Shown piece after piece: positions 40,845 through 51,100 of a DNA stretch of 64,000 nt; within the stretch, counting starts at the first letter, position 1, and each line of letters begins with the position of its first letter. The notes beneath the pieces were generated by a model. The model had not been told where the DNA came from, ran no database searches, and worked only from the letters and a program-made list of their open reading frames with translations. Origin of the DNA: Candidatus Kapaibacterium sp. GTDB taxonomy: Bacteria > Bacteroidota > Ignavibacteria > Kapaibacteriales > NICIL-2. The stretch covers positions 810 to 64,809 of the forward strand of contig JANWWF010000004.1 in assembly GCA_025055755.1 (NCBI GenBank), written 5' to 3'. Both the position numbers and the translations under genes were made by a program.

Positions 40845-42206
40845 TTACTTGGCTACGATGACAACTTCAGTACGACGGTTGAGTGCACGACCAAATTCCG
40901 TAGTGTTATCGGCGATAGGGCGCGTGTCGCCATAGCCAATTGTCTGAATACGTGATGGATCAATGCCCTTTTTTCTTGTCAAATAGTCCTTAACACTTTC
41001 GGCTCGTGCTTGGGAGAGACGTTGATTGAACCACTTGGCGCCGCGGTTGTCAGTGTGTCCCTCGACTCGGATCACAACACGAGGATTATTCTTCATGAAT
41101 TGCGCCAGGACTTCTAACTCTGGCACATGATCGGGAAGCGTTGCACTGGCAGTTTCGAACAAAAGATTTTCGATGATAAGCTTTCGCCCAAGTTCGACAA
41201 CAGGAATTGTCTTGCGTACCAATTCCTGGCGACGTTGGTTGAGAATAGCAACATTGATGGAGTCCGGAATTGCGGGCAAGTCTGTGCGATAGGTGATCGA
41301 GAAAAGGTTCGTCAATTGGGTCGAGTAGGCGTTCAGGATACGGGCAAATGGCTGCCCGATGTCGAACATTGTACCGCGGGTTGCTTTTGCAATAGTGTCG
41401 TATTGGGTGAGTACAAGGGGGGCTATACAGAAGGTCCGCACGTTTGCCCTTTGGAGCATTTCGATAGCTGACTGCGTTGTGAGGTCAGTTCGCCCATTGC
41501 CGCGCTCTCCTGCCTGATGGTAGGGCGCATCGGTAATCAAAATAGCAACGCGATTGGCAGAGGGGCGATAGTCTAGCTTAGTCGCTTGCCGGAGTGCTTC
41601 GAGCGCATTTTCCTTTTCATCGAATCCTCCCCATGCTCGTGCTCGCGACACCCAGGTGATAAACTCGTTGACATCGCTGGTGAAGGGGTAAACTTTCTCG
41701 ATCACATCGGAAAACAGCACTAACGCAAGGCGGTAGTCAATGCCCCGGGCAAGCAAACTGCGAACAAACTGCGCAATATTATCGCGTACAGCATTGATGT
41801 GGACTTGCATAGTTGCTGTCACATCGAGCACTACCGCGATATCAACCGGTACCCGTTCTTTGACGCTCAACTTAGTCACCGAGAGGACCTGCTTTTCAAC
41901 GCCGTTTTCAAGCACCACAACGTCGCTGGCACGAAGCGTATCGAGCGGGTCACCATTTAGATCGACTGCTTCGACTATGAGGCTAATCTGGGGATAATAC
42001 TTGATGTCAACATTCTGGATGGTCAAGTGGAAACGGTCACTCCGGGGACGGAGCTGTGTTTGGAGTAACACCTGCTGGGGCTCGAGGGAATCTTCCTCTA
42101 CTGGTAAGGATTCTGCCCCTATTACTGGGCTTAGCTGGAAAAGGACATACAGGATAATCCAGCCGATAGAGGACCACATCGGGCGAACTGCCCAAGCATT
42201 GCTCAT
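40845..42206 (-). CDS. exported VWA-domain protein with C-terminal OmpA-like peptidoglycan-binding domain
   Basis: N-terminal hydrophobic segment, VWA block IAVVLDVTATM...ILITDA, and C-terminal OmpA_C (GHTDNRGAKWFNQRLSQARAESV...NRRTEVVIV). Confidence 0.7.
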   Translation of the reverse strand: MSNAWAVRPMWSSIGWIILYVLFQLSPVIGAESLPVEEDSLEPQQVLLQTQLRPRSDRFHLTIQNVDIKYYPQISLIVEAVDLNGDPLDTLRASDVVVLENGVEKQVLSVTKLSVKERVPVDIAVVLDVTATMQVHINAVRDNIAQFVRSLLARGIDYRLALVLFSDVIEKVYPFTSDVNEFITWVSRARAWGGFDEKENALEALRQATKLDYRPSANRVAILITDAPYHQAGERGNGRTDLTTQSAIEMLQRANVRTFCIAPLVLTQYDTIAKATRGTMFDIGQPFARILNAYSTQLTNLFSITYRTDLPAIPDSINVAILNQRRQELVRKTIPVVELGRKLIIENLLFETASATLPDHVPELEVLAQFMKNNPRVVIRVEGHTDNRGAKWFNQRLSQARAESVKDYLTRKKGIDPSRIQTIGYGDTRPIADNTTEFGRALNRRTEVVIVAK

Positions 42207-42306
42207 CGGACGACAGCGGTGGACGCGTTCTGAGTGCCTGTGTGCGGTTACAAAACTACGGTGCTTTTCCTAACCAGAGAGGCGCGGGACACGCCTTTTT
42301 GCGGAA

Positions 42307-43713
42307 CTACCGTATCGTTAATCGCAGCACTGGCGAAATCATGAAAAAGTTTCTGATCTCCCACGGACGTGGCTCTGCTCGCAGGGGAGTGGAATACTTG
42401 CCCTCTAAGTAGAGCCACTCTCCAACCAGCGGCACATATGCCCGTGCAAAAAGCATTTGGTTAGAATACTGCAAGGCGATCCCAAAGGGAAAGGTTGCTT
42501 GATTGCGGTATTCTATCCGCGCATACAGCCAATCTGCTGCAGTAGTTGGATGGTAGAGCTGCAATCCGGGAATATTCCGAACGAACGTAGTATCCCCCGT
42601 CGCGGGATTACGACGATAAGCCCATTCTTGAACCTCAACGTAGCAAATTCCCAAATCAAAGCGGAAGAAGTTTTCCGGATGCTTCGGATCAAGCCACCAG
42701 TTGTAGAATACTGCTGCATGTCCTGTGGTTCGGAGCACAGGAATAACTGTTGTGGCATCTACACCAGCTGTTCTCCGCAGCTCTGCTTGGCGTTGGAGCG
42801 AGGGAGCATATCCTGCCCACGTGTTCTTCTCTGCACGACCTGTGGTATCCGGACCAACAATAGGGAACTCCACATTGACAGTCACCCCCAGCTGAGGATG
42901 GAACGGGGCATTGATGTCAAGCCCAAGCGATGCTTTGCCGGGGTTTGCATTGAGCTGGCGCTCTGGCAAAAAGCTCAGTAGCCGGTTCGCTAATCCTCCG
43001 CGCAACCGATACACTCCTCCCAGGCGCAAGTTGATGAGGTAGGGGATTGGCTTGTTCGATGCAGGATCGAGATTTTCGTAGAGTGGACGCTGGAGAATCA
43101 CCCGCGATTCCCCTGCAGACCAGAAATGGTAGCCGATGTTATCAGTCCCAAGAATAGAGCGAAGCCAAAAACCGGTCTCCCCAATCTTGAGCGATTGCTC
43201 GAAAGCGGAAATAGCAATGGAATGGGTTACATCGGTTGGCATCATAAAACTGGTGATCACCCGATACTGCCGTTCCGTTGGCGGCATTTCAGGAGGAATC
43301 TCCCGGTAGCAGTAGGGACGCTGTGGATCGCTGAGTGTACCGGCAAGTTTGCGCATGTAGGCATCTACTTCCGATGCCACAAAATACTCCTCCCCGCATT
43401 CGACCAGGAGAATGGTATAGTAGTCGTTGGGATCGCTTTTAGGCGCAGCAGTAATAACGATGTTCTGCATGTCCAGTTTTTCCTTATCGCGCCCATAAAG
43501 GATAAACGTTTGCCGAATTTGCAACTGTAGGTTTGGCTCGCACACACGCCATCGGGGAAAATAGCGCACGATTTCTGGGTCAATAGTCTTGAGTGCCTGC
43601 ATGATGGAGTCCCGCTCAGGGTCCTGCGCATACATCAGGAGTGGGTGGAGTGCTACCAGCACTACACCAGCAATCGCCCGAAGAAATGTTACCGGAGGGA
43701 GAATCGCCTTCAT
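42307..43713 (-). CDS. exported protein of unknown family (paralog of the upstream gene), beta-rich C-terminal half
   Basis: Signal peptide MKAILPPVTFLRAIAGVVLVALHPLLMYAQ. C-terminal FPFGIALQY...LYLEGKY...PRPWEI...ISPVLRL aligns to the C-terminus of the 43728-45458 product. Confidence 0.45.
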   Translation of the reverse strand: MKAILPPVTFLRAIAGVVLVALHPLLMYAQDPERDSIMQALKTIDPEIVRYFPRWRVCEPNLQLQIRQTFILYGRDKEKLDMQNIVITAAPKSDPNDYYTILLVECGEEYFVASEVDAYMRKLAGTLSDPQRPYCYREIPPEMPPTERQYRVITSFMMPTDVTHSIAISAFEQSLKIGETGFWLRSILGTDNIGYHFWSAGESRVILQRPLYENLDPASNKPIPYLINLRLGGVYRLRGGLANRLLSFLPERQLNANPGKASLGLDINAPFHPQLGVTVNVEFPIVGPDTTGRAEKNTWAGYAPSLQRQAELRRTAGVDATTVIPVLRTTGHAAVFYNWWLDPKHPENFFRFDLGICYVEVQEWAYRRNPATGDTTFVRNIPGLQLYHPTTAADWLYARIEYRNQATFPFGIALQYSNQMLFARAYVPLVGEWLYLEGKYSTPLRAEPRPWEIRNFFMISPVLRLTIR

Positions 43714-43727
43714 TGCTGCACTACTGC

Positions 43728-45458
43728 TTAAAAGTTGTAAATCACACGGAGCGTGGGGATAAAGACACTTGCTACTTCCCACTCATGGGGATCCCGTAGG
43801 ATGGGCGCAAAGTACTGCCCATCGACGCGCAATCCTATTTGCTGGCTAATCGGGATAAGAAGCCATGCTTGGGCGTAGATGGCATCATCAAAGTACTGCA
43901 AACCGAAGCCATAAGGAGTTGTCACTCGCTGTGCCATAAAATCAATTCGTGCGGAGACACCTCCAATAAAGCGCGTATCTGTGCGGAACCAGCGGTTGAT
44001 GACAAATGCAGAATCGCGCCGAATAATGCCGCGTTGGTCAATTTCCTGATAGCGTCCGCTGCCGTTGTTTTCTTCCCAAATCTCGCGCGAGTAGAGCGCA
44101 CCACCTATTCGGAAGCGGAAGAAGTTTCCGCTGTCAATCGCAATCGCAAAAGAGTAGTGTACCTGAGCAGCAAAGCGAATCAGGTAATCCAGCGCACGCG
44201 AGTAACTTTGATTGTTGACAAGAGTATCAGTTCCGCGCAATTGGCGGGTAATTGTTGTCACTGTTTCGAGTTGACGCTGATGATCAGACTGCCGGGCTTC
44301 CCCAAAAACATATGACGCAGCAACGTTGAACACACCCGTATTCGCATTGGTAATCTTCAGTGGAAAATCGAACACACCATTGATGCCCCACCCTGCATAC
44401 GTCATCGTCCGCTGTACTCCGAAGGTTCTTGCCACCGACGCCCAGCCGCTGGTAGGGAGAATTACTCCCAGCCGATTTGACCCCCATAACGCATTGAGCG
44501 TGACCCGATCGCTGAAAAATGAGGGATAATTGATTGTTTCTAATCCATACCGAAGCTCAACCCCATACTTTGGCAACGTCCGATTGTACACAAATCCTTC
44601 CGTTGCCGCACTGGGGTCACTGGGAGTATAGTCGCGATAACTAATCAGATCCGGGCTTACCATAAGCTCGCGGCTGCGCATATAGTCCATCGCCTGCCCA
44701 TCGGTGGTACGGACGTATGCGGTGACATCGTCTTCCCTGACCTGGAGACTGACGCCGTAGAGCTTCGGAATAAACTGCTCGTCACCAAGCCCTTGTGCTT
44801 CCGCTGTCACATTGATTCCCTCTGCCTCGCTTTGCTGAATGACAAAGTTGTACAGATACTCGTACAGAGTCTTTGCTGGGGAGCCTGCAGGAGCCGCACT
44901 CTGTCGTAGTTGGGTGTACGTGTAGATATCACGGGGCGAAGCGAGCACATTTGCCAGTACCCGACTTTCGCTATTGGAGGTAAGGAGAGCAATGACCTTG
45001 AAGTCTCTACCCGCAATATACCGGGTTGTAACAACATAGGCACGCTTGAACGTATTGCATTCCCACTGCTTGCGTGCGATTGCATACTTGGCGTAATCAA
45101 TGCATTCCCCTCGGAGGACGCGTTTGATTTCCTCGTCATCTTGCAATGCGCTGAGGTCTGCAGCGCATCCCAGTTCAGCGACTTTGTCGTCAATTTGAGT
45201 TTGACGCGCAGGACTGCACGCTTTTGCCGACTCTGTGATGACCGGTTCTGGATTAAGGAGCTGGGTGACCCCCTTCATCGTTTCCGCATCCAGCTGGAAT
45301 ATCGAGATATTGCCGTAGCGGTAATTTTTGAACTTGCTCATAATGGAGCGCAACTGTGCATCGCTTGTCTGGGAGAAGACACTATTCCTCCCCAGACCTC
45401 CCACAAGAAGTATAGCAAGCGCATGCACGCACACCCTGAAAAGGCAGGTATGTTTCAT
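43728..45458 (-). CDS. exported protein of unknown family, C-terminus ends in aromatic VIYNF (outer-membrane beta-barrel-like)
   Basis: Signal peptide MKHTCLFRVCVHALAILLVGG, Cys-containing N-terminal domain. C-terminal PYGFGLQY...LRVDGQY...PHEWEV...IPTLRVIYNF is shared with the downstream paralog. Confidence 0.45.
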   Translation of the reverse strand: MKHTCLFRVCVHALAILLVGGLGRNSVFSQTSDAQLRSIMSKFKNYRYGNISIFQLDAETMKGVTQLLNPEPVITESAKACSPARQTQIDDKVAELGCAADLSALQDDEEIKRVLRGECIDYAKYAIARKQWECNTFKRAYVVTTRYIAGRDFKVIALLTSNSESRVLANVLASPRDIYTYTQLRQSAAPAGSPAKTLYEYLYNFVIQQSEAEGINVTAEAQGLGDEQFIPKLYGVSLQVREDDVTAYVRTTDGQAMDYMRSRELMVSPDLISYRDYTPSDPSAATEGFVYNRTLPKYGVELRYGLETINYPSFFSDRVTLNALWGSNRLGVILPTSGWASVARTFGVQRTMTYAGWGINGVFDFPLKITNANTGVFNVAASYVFGEARQSDHQRQLETVTTITRQLRGTDTLVNNQSYSRALDYLIRFAAQVHYSFAIAIDSGNFFRFRIGGALYSREIWEENNGSGRYQEIDQRGIIRRDSAFVINRWFRTDTRFIGGVSARIDFMAQRVTTPYGFGLQYFDDAIYAQAWLLIPISQQIGLRVDGQYFAPILRDPHEWEVASVFIPTLRVIYNF

Positions 45459-45498
45459 GCGTTCGTTCCTCCAGAATTGATCATCCGTTCGTTGCACA

Positions 45499-47694
45499 TC
45501 AATAGGTAATGGGGACGTTGATGACAGCTTTCCCATCGGCGGAGACTTCGCCATTACACTTGTTTTTTGCTTTGGCAGAAACAATGAGGGTAACGTTCCC
45601 TTCTACCTTCCCCCGCCGCAAGGGAGGTCCATCCAGCCGTAGCTCCACTTCGTATCCACCCGCTGCCGCGCGGGGATTCTGTGCTGTGACCTTGTATCCC
45701 GCAATGTCCGCTTTTTGAATGACCACCTTAAAGTCGAAAATATCGTTGGGACCAGCTTTCGCCCCCCCAACATCTATGATAGGCGGCAAGATTTTGATGT
45801 TCTTGACCACCACCACCGGCACGCGGGGATCAACAATCTGATCGTATTTGACATCGGTTGTCACGATCTTCGGAGGACGCTGCTTTGGAGTTCCCTGGAG
45901 TGGACCGCTCGGCAACAGCGACACCCGCTCCTTGGTGTCTGGGTCCTCCCACAAGATATCAACGGAGACGGAGTTTGCACCGCAGGGGATCTCCCGCCGA
46001 TATTGCAAGCCACGAACAGGCTGGGATTGCTCATTGCCGATAATAGCGTTGATGAGGTACTGTCCAGCAGAAATCTTCTTCCCGTCAGCTGGAACTGGCA
46101 GTATTTCCAGCTCAGAGCCGAAGTAGCAGTTTTCTACATTTGCTCGCACGTCGTCGAGATTTTCGAGCTTGCTTTCAAAGGATTTTAGCAGCACAGTTTT
46201 GTCGGTAGTCTTCCCTATCCGGTTCGCATGGGTAATAGTCAGCTCGTAATCTCCTGCTGGTATGCTCTGTTCAATGACAATCTTATAGTTCCGGGCTTGA
46301 GCCGTTGGATCACTCGAGGCAGCTGCTTGCTGCGCTGGACCCACATCCACAACTTTCACCGGCAAGACAGGATTTGATCGCACTGTCGGCAGTTTTGCTG
46401 GATCATAAGGACTTGCAGTAAAGGGTATCTCCACTCGTGGCAAGCGATCGAACACATACTTAGCATCCGCAGCATATACTACGGGATCAGAAGGCGGAGG
46501 AATGTTAGGCTTGACCACCCGCACGTTGATTGCATAGGAAGCACGATTCTGGTCAAAGAATGCAGAAGCGCCCGGCGCAAGGAGCTTAGCAATGTAGCTA
46601 TACAGCTCAATGCGACGCATCCGTTCTTGGGCTTTGGGATCATCGGCATCGGATTCATCTTTGACGCGTTTAATCACTGCTTGAATCTGCTCATCAAATT
46701 CGTCAACTGTGATTTTCCCCTGTGCTAAGTCGTCGGAGGAGGGCAGCGGTATACCGCTGAGTTGCTCAACGATGTTCTTTTTGACTTGCAACAAGTCTTT
46801 GATCTTGAGCTGAACGGTACCGATGTTGACTTTCTCTTCCAGTGGCACTTCAGTTGGTGGCACATCGCTCCGAACGCCGAGGATTCGGTTAGTCCGCGAT
46901 GCAAACCGGAGTTTGTACCATCCTGGTTGTCCTGCTGGCTGGAAGCGAACCAAGAAATAGCGCTTTTTGTAGCGTCCTCCACTGTTCCGCGCCTCTTCAT
47001 CGGTCAAATTTTGCAAATAGATGAAGGCCGAATCTGCCGCCGTCGGAGGAGCAAATCGTCGAATATCCCCAATCTTCAGCGTTGATTTGTACACAGGACG
47101 ACGGTAGTCGCTTACTTGGTCCACTTGGAGCTCTAAGCGCTCAAGTGCAAGAAGCTTCCATCGTGCACCATCAACGGCATCCCCGAATTCTTGCCCTTCG
47201 GAGAACCTACTAAAGTCAATTCGCATCTTGCGCAAGCTATCATCGGAAGGGAATGGTGGTGCTCGATCAGGAACATTGCTGGGATGGTAAAAAATTTGGT
47301 AGTCCAGCTCTTGCACATTCGCCAGTTTGATAAGATTGCGCATTTTCTCTGCGGCTTCTTTTGGATCGAGCCCTTCCAATTTATCGGCGGTGCTTACATC
47401 AGTAACTCCTACAATCACCTCATACAGGCGGTCTTGCTTGATCTGTGGCCCCCCTGCAACTCGCATCGAAGCATCTTGCAACGTGATTTCGTCTTGTGGA
47501 CGTGTGCTGATACCTTCTGTCCCTGTCCCTACCTGGAGTTGCGAGAGTATGCTCTCGACAATTTTCATCGACTCTTTCTGCTTCTGAATCAGGTGCTCCT
47601 CGGCCTCATCGCGTTCGACGATGATGATCAGGAGCTCCAGAATAACTGCCAGGTAAAGCACAAAATATACCTTACCCGCACCGCCTTTAGCCAT
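45499..47694 (-). CDS. 731-aa bitopic membrane protein, large beta-rich exported domain, no confident family
   Basis: MAKGGAGKVYFVLYLAVILELLIIIV N-terminal anchor, then a charged coiled region and a long beta-rich C-terminal portion. The anchor loosely resembles the GldM/PorM N-terminus. Confidence 0.5.
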   Translation of the reverse strand: MAKGGAGKVYFVLYLAVILELLIIIVERDEAEEHLIQKQKESMKIVESILSQLQVGTGTEGISTRPQDEITLQDASMRVAGGPQIKQDRLYEVIVGVTDVSTADKLEGLDPKEAAEKMRNLIKLANVQELDYQIFYHPSNVPDRAPPFPSDDSLRKMRIDFSRFSEGQEFGDAVDGARWKLLALERLELQVDQVSDYRRPVYKSTLKIGDIRRFAPPTAADSAFIYLQNLTDEEARNSGGRYKKRYFLVRFQPAGQPGWYKLRFASRTNRILGVRSDVPPTEVPLEEKVNIGTVQLKIKDLLQVKKNIVEQLSGIPLPSSDDLAQGKITVDEFDEQIQAVIKRVKDESDADDPKAQERMRRIELYSYIAKLLAPGASAFFDQNRASYAINVRVVKPNIPPPSDPVVYAADAKYVFDRLPRVEIPFTASPYDPAKLPTVRSNPVLPVKVVDVGPAQQAAASSDPTAQARNYKIVIEQSIPAGDYELTITHANRIGKTTDKTVLLKSFESKLENLDDVRANVENCYFGSELEILPVPADGKKISAGQYLINAIIGNEQSQPVRGLQYRREIPCGANSVSVDILWEDPDTKERVSLLPSGPLQGTPKQRPPKIVTTDVKYDQIVDPRVPVVVVKNIKILPPIIDVGGAKAGPNDIFDFKVVIQKADIAGYKVTAQNPRAAAGGYEVELRLDGPPLRRGKVEGNVTLIVSAKAKNKCNGEVSADGKAVINVPITY

Positions 47695-47770
47695 TGCGCG
47701 TTCCTCTGGATGTGGACGATGGAATTGACACCGGAGGCATTAGGTAATTACGACCGCCACCAGAAAGACC

Positions 47771-48073
47771 TTAGCGCTTCGGTGGAGCACTTGGTTGGGC
47801 TGGAGCCGCATCCGCTTTCGCTGTTTCGACAGGTGTGGTGCTGTTCTCGTTTGCAGACGCAGGCTGCACGGTGTTCTCCTTTGCCTCTGGGGCATGTTGA
47901 GCAGCGCTACTGGCGCCATGCTTGAGGGAGCAAGAATTTTTCTTTGCTGATGCTTTCGACATGCAGCAAGAAGCCTTTTCCTTCCCGACGCACTTACCAT
48001 CGGGACCACATGCGGATGCAGCGACTGCTCCGCTCACTAACAGTGCAATTGCACTGACAATAAATGCTTTCAT
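47771..48073 (-). CDS. small secreted or lipo-protein, Cys-rich head and Ala/Pro/Ser-rich low-complexity tail
   Basis: MKAFIVSAIALLVSGAVAASAC (possible lipobox ASAC), then CGPDGKCVGKEKASCCMSKAS...NSC. Immediately downstream of nrdJ on the same strand. Confidence 0.35.
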   Translation of the reverse strand: MKAFIVSAIALLVSGAVAASACGPDGKCVGKEKASCCMSKASAKKNSCSLKHGASSAAQHAPEAKENTVQPASANENSTTPVETAKADAAPAQPSAPPKR

Positions 48074-48154
48074 GCTTAGCCTGGTAGTAGTGGAAACGAC
48101 GGTGCAAATATACCAGCTTTTCCCGTTATTACCAAACGCGTGTTGCATTTACTG

Positions 48155-51100
48155 TTATGAACAACCTGTCGTCGTACCGCAATCTTCGCATACGGTGCAG
48201 GAGCCATTTCGCTTGACCCGCATTGAGCCACATGAATAACATTGCTCGCCGGTGTATCCTTGTGCTTTTGCTTGCAAGACAACTTTTGGTTGTTCGCCGC
48301 TACTACTGCGCGGTGCAGCATTTACTTCGACCAACGGAGAAGGAGGTGGAGCAATTGGCGTAGCCTGTGGGACAGCAGAGGTAGGCTTGACCACTGCTTC
48401 CGGTGGAACTTCGTCCACTGCTTTGACGTGCACAAAATCAGTTCGGTTGAGATAGTCGTAGCCAATCGAGCGGAAGACAAAGTCCAGCACGCTGGTCGCA
48501 TACTTGATTGCTTCGTGGCCCTGCACCGGACCCGATGGCTCAAAGCGCGTGAACGTGAAGGTATCGACCAGCTCTTCCAACGGCATGCCGTACTGAAGCG
48601 CTTTCGATGCCAACACGGCAAAGCAGTTCATCAAGCCCTTAAAGGAGGCTCCTTCTTTGTACATATCGATGAAAATCTCGCCCACGGTGCCATCTTCATA
48701 CTCACCCGTGCGCACAAACACCTTATGCCCTCCGACATACGCTTCGCGGATAATTCCCTTCCGCTTTTTCGGCAGACGGCGACGCTCTGCTCGATGGTAC
48801 ACTCGCTCGACGATGCGCTCCTGGACGTACTGCGGTCCTTTCGTTTCATCAAGTGTTTCCTCGTCACCGAGCAGCACAATTTCATCCAGGTCATCATCAG
48901 CAGCAACATTGAGTGGCTGGGAAAGTTTGGAGCCATCTCGGTAGAGCGCAATTGCCTTCAAGCCCAGCTTCCAGGACTCAAGATGGACGTTGGCGATATC
49001 TTCGATGGTCGCCTCGGCAGGCATGTTGATAGTCTTGGAAATTGCACCCGAAATAAACGGCTGGGCGGCTGCCATCATGCGTACATGTGCCATAAAGGGA
49101 ATGTAACGCTGCCCACGCTTGCCGCACTTATTGGCACAATCGAATATCGGTAGATGCTCTGGCTTCAGATGAGGAGCCCCTTCAATCATCATGGTCCCGC
49201 ACACATAGTCGTTGGCCCGTTCGATTTCCTCCTTGGAAAATCCCAAAGCCGAAAGCATGTCGAACGATGGATCGTTCAATTGCTCGGAAGTAAAGCCAAG
49301 AACACGGGTGCAGAACTCTTCCCCAAGTGTCCATTTGTTGAACGCAAAGCGAATGTCAAACACTGTGTCAAGCTGTGCCTCAATTGCTGCAAGAGCCTCG
49401 TCGGTGAAACCTTTTTCCTTAAGTCGAGCACGATTGATCGTCGGGCAACCGACCAGCGTTCCATGTCCCTTGCAGTAGCGCTCAATATCCTCGATTTGTT
49501 CGGGGGTGTATCCCAGCCGTTTAAGCGCTTTCGGCACCGACTGATTGACGATTTTGAAGTATCCCCCACCTGCAAGTTTCTTGAACTTGACGATAGCAAA
49601 ATCTGGCTCGATTCCTGTGGTGTCGCAATCCATTAGCAATCCGATGGTACCGGTCGGTGCAATCACGGTTACCTGCGCATTGCGATAGCCATACTTTTCG
49701 CCCATCTCCAGAGCACGGTCCCACGCCTGGCGTGCTGCCGCAACAAGGTTTTTGTCGGGGCACTTGCTGCCGTCGAGTCCCATGGGAAGAATGGTCAGCC
49801 CCTCGTATTCATGGGGTGGAGCATTGTACGCAGCACGGCGATGATTGCGAATAACTCGGAGCATCGGCTCTCGATTCGCCTCAAAGCGAGGGAATGGTCC
49901 CAGCTCTCGTGCCATCTCTGCGCTGGTAGCATATGCTTCCCCGGTCATAAGCGCAGTAATAGCCCCACAGTATGCCAGTGCCTCGGGCGAATCATACGGA
50001 ATACCGAGAATCATCAAGATAGTCCCCAAGTTCGCATAGCCCAGCCCCAAAGTGCGATAGTCATAGCTTTTCTGTGCAATCGCTTTTGAGGGAAACTGGG
50101 CCATTAGCACGCTGATTTCAAGCACAATTGTCCACAACCGTACTGCATGGCGGAAGTCGTCAACGCGAAATTCTCCCGTTTCCTCATCGAGGAAGTGCGC
50201 CAAATTCAGCGACGCAAGGTTACATGCTGTATCATCAAGAAACATGTACTCGGAACAGGGATTCGAAGCATTGATGCGCCCGTCCACTGGACAGGTGTGC
50301 CACTCGTTGATGGTTGTATCAAATTGCAAGCCAGGGTCTGCACTTTTCCACGCACTGATGTTGATTTTATCCCACAGCTCCCGTGCTCGCACCGTGCGCG
50401 CAACTTGCCCCGTAGTGCGCCATCGCAAATGCCAGAGCCGGTCGGCAAGCACTGCTTCCATAAATTCGTTTGTGACCCGAACAGAATTGTTCGAATTCTG
50501 CCCCGAGACTGTCAGGTACGCCTCCCCTTCATAATGAGTATCGAGCACCTCCAGATCGATTGTGGTAATGCCCTGCCGCACCAGTGCCAGCGTCCGCTCG
50601 ATATAGGCACGGGGCACCCCTCGATGCAACGCGCGACGGACTAATGTTCGCAGTCGTGGATTGGTGGCATAGTCCGCCCCTCCTGCAGCGGCTTCATTGG
50701 CGATTGCTTGCAAAAAGGTCTTGTTGATCCGCGATCCAGTAACCAACGCGGCAACTTTTTCTTCCTCTTTTGCTTTCCACTCGATAAATTCTTCTACGTC
50801 GGGGTGGTCAATATTCACAATAACCATTTTGGCAGCACGACGTGTTGTCCCGCCGGACTTGATTGCGCCCGCAGCGCGATCGAAAACTTTCAAAAAGCTC
50901 ATCAATCCAGAAGACACGCCTCCACCGGAGAGTTTTTCGCCTTTAGCGCGCAGTGTCGAAAAATTTGTTCCTGTACCGGAGCCATACTTGAAAATGCGTG
51001 CTTCCCGCGTGACCAAGTCGAAAATGCCCCCTTCGTTGACCAAATCGTCCGCAACACTTTGGATAAAGCAGGCATGCGGTTGGGGGCGGGTGTATGCATC

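Noticed and set aside
48242-49153. 303-aa plus-strand ORF (and other long plus-strand ORFs between 49154 and 51703)
   Set aside because: Antisense shadows of nrdJ, which has unambiguous class II RNR homology on the minus strand.
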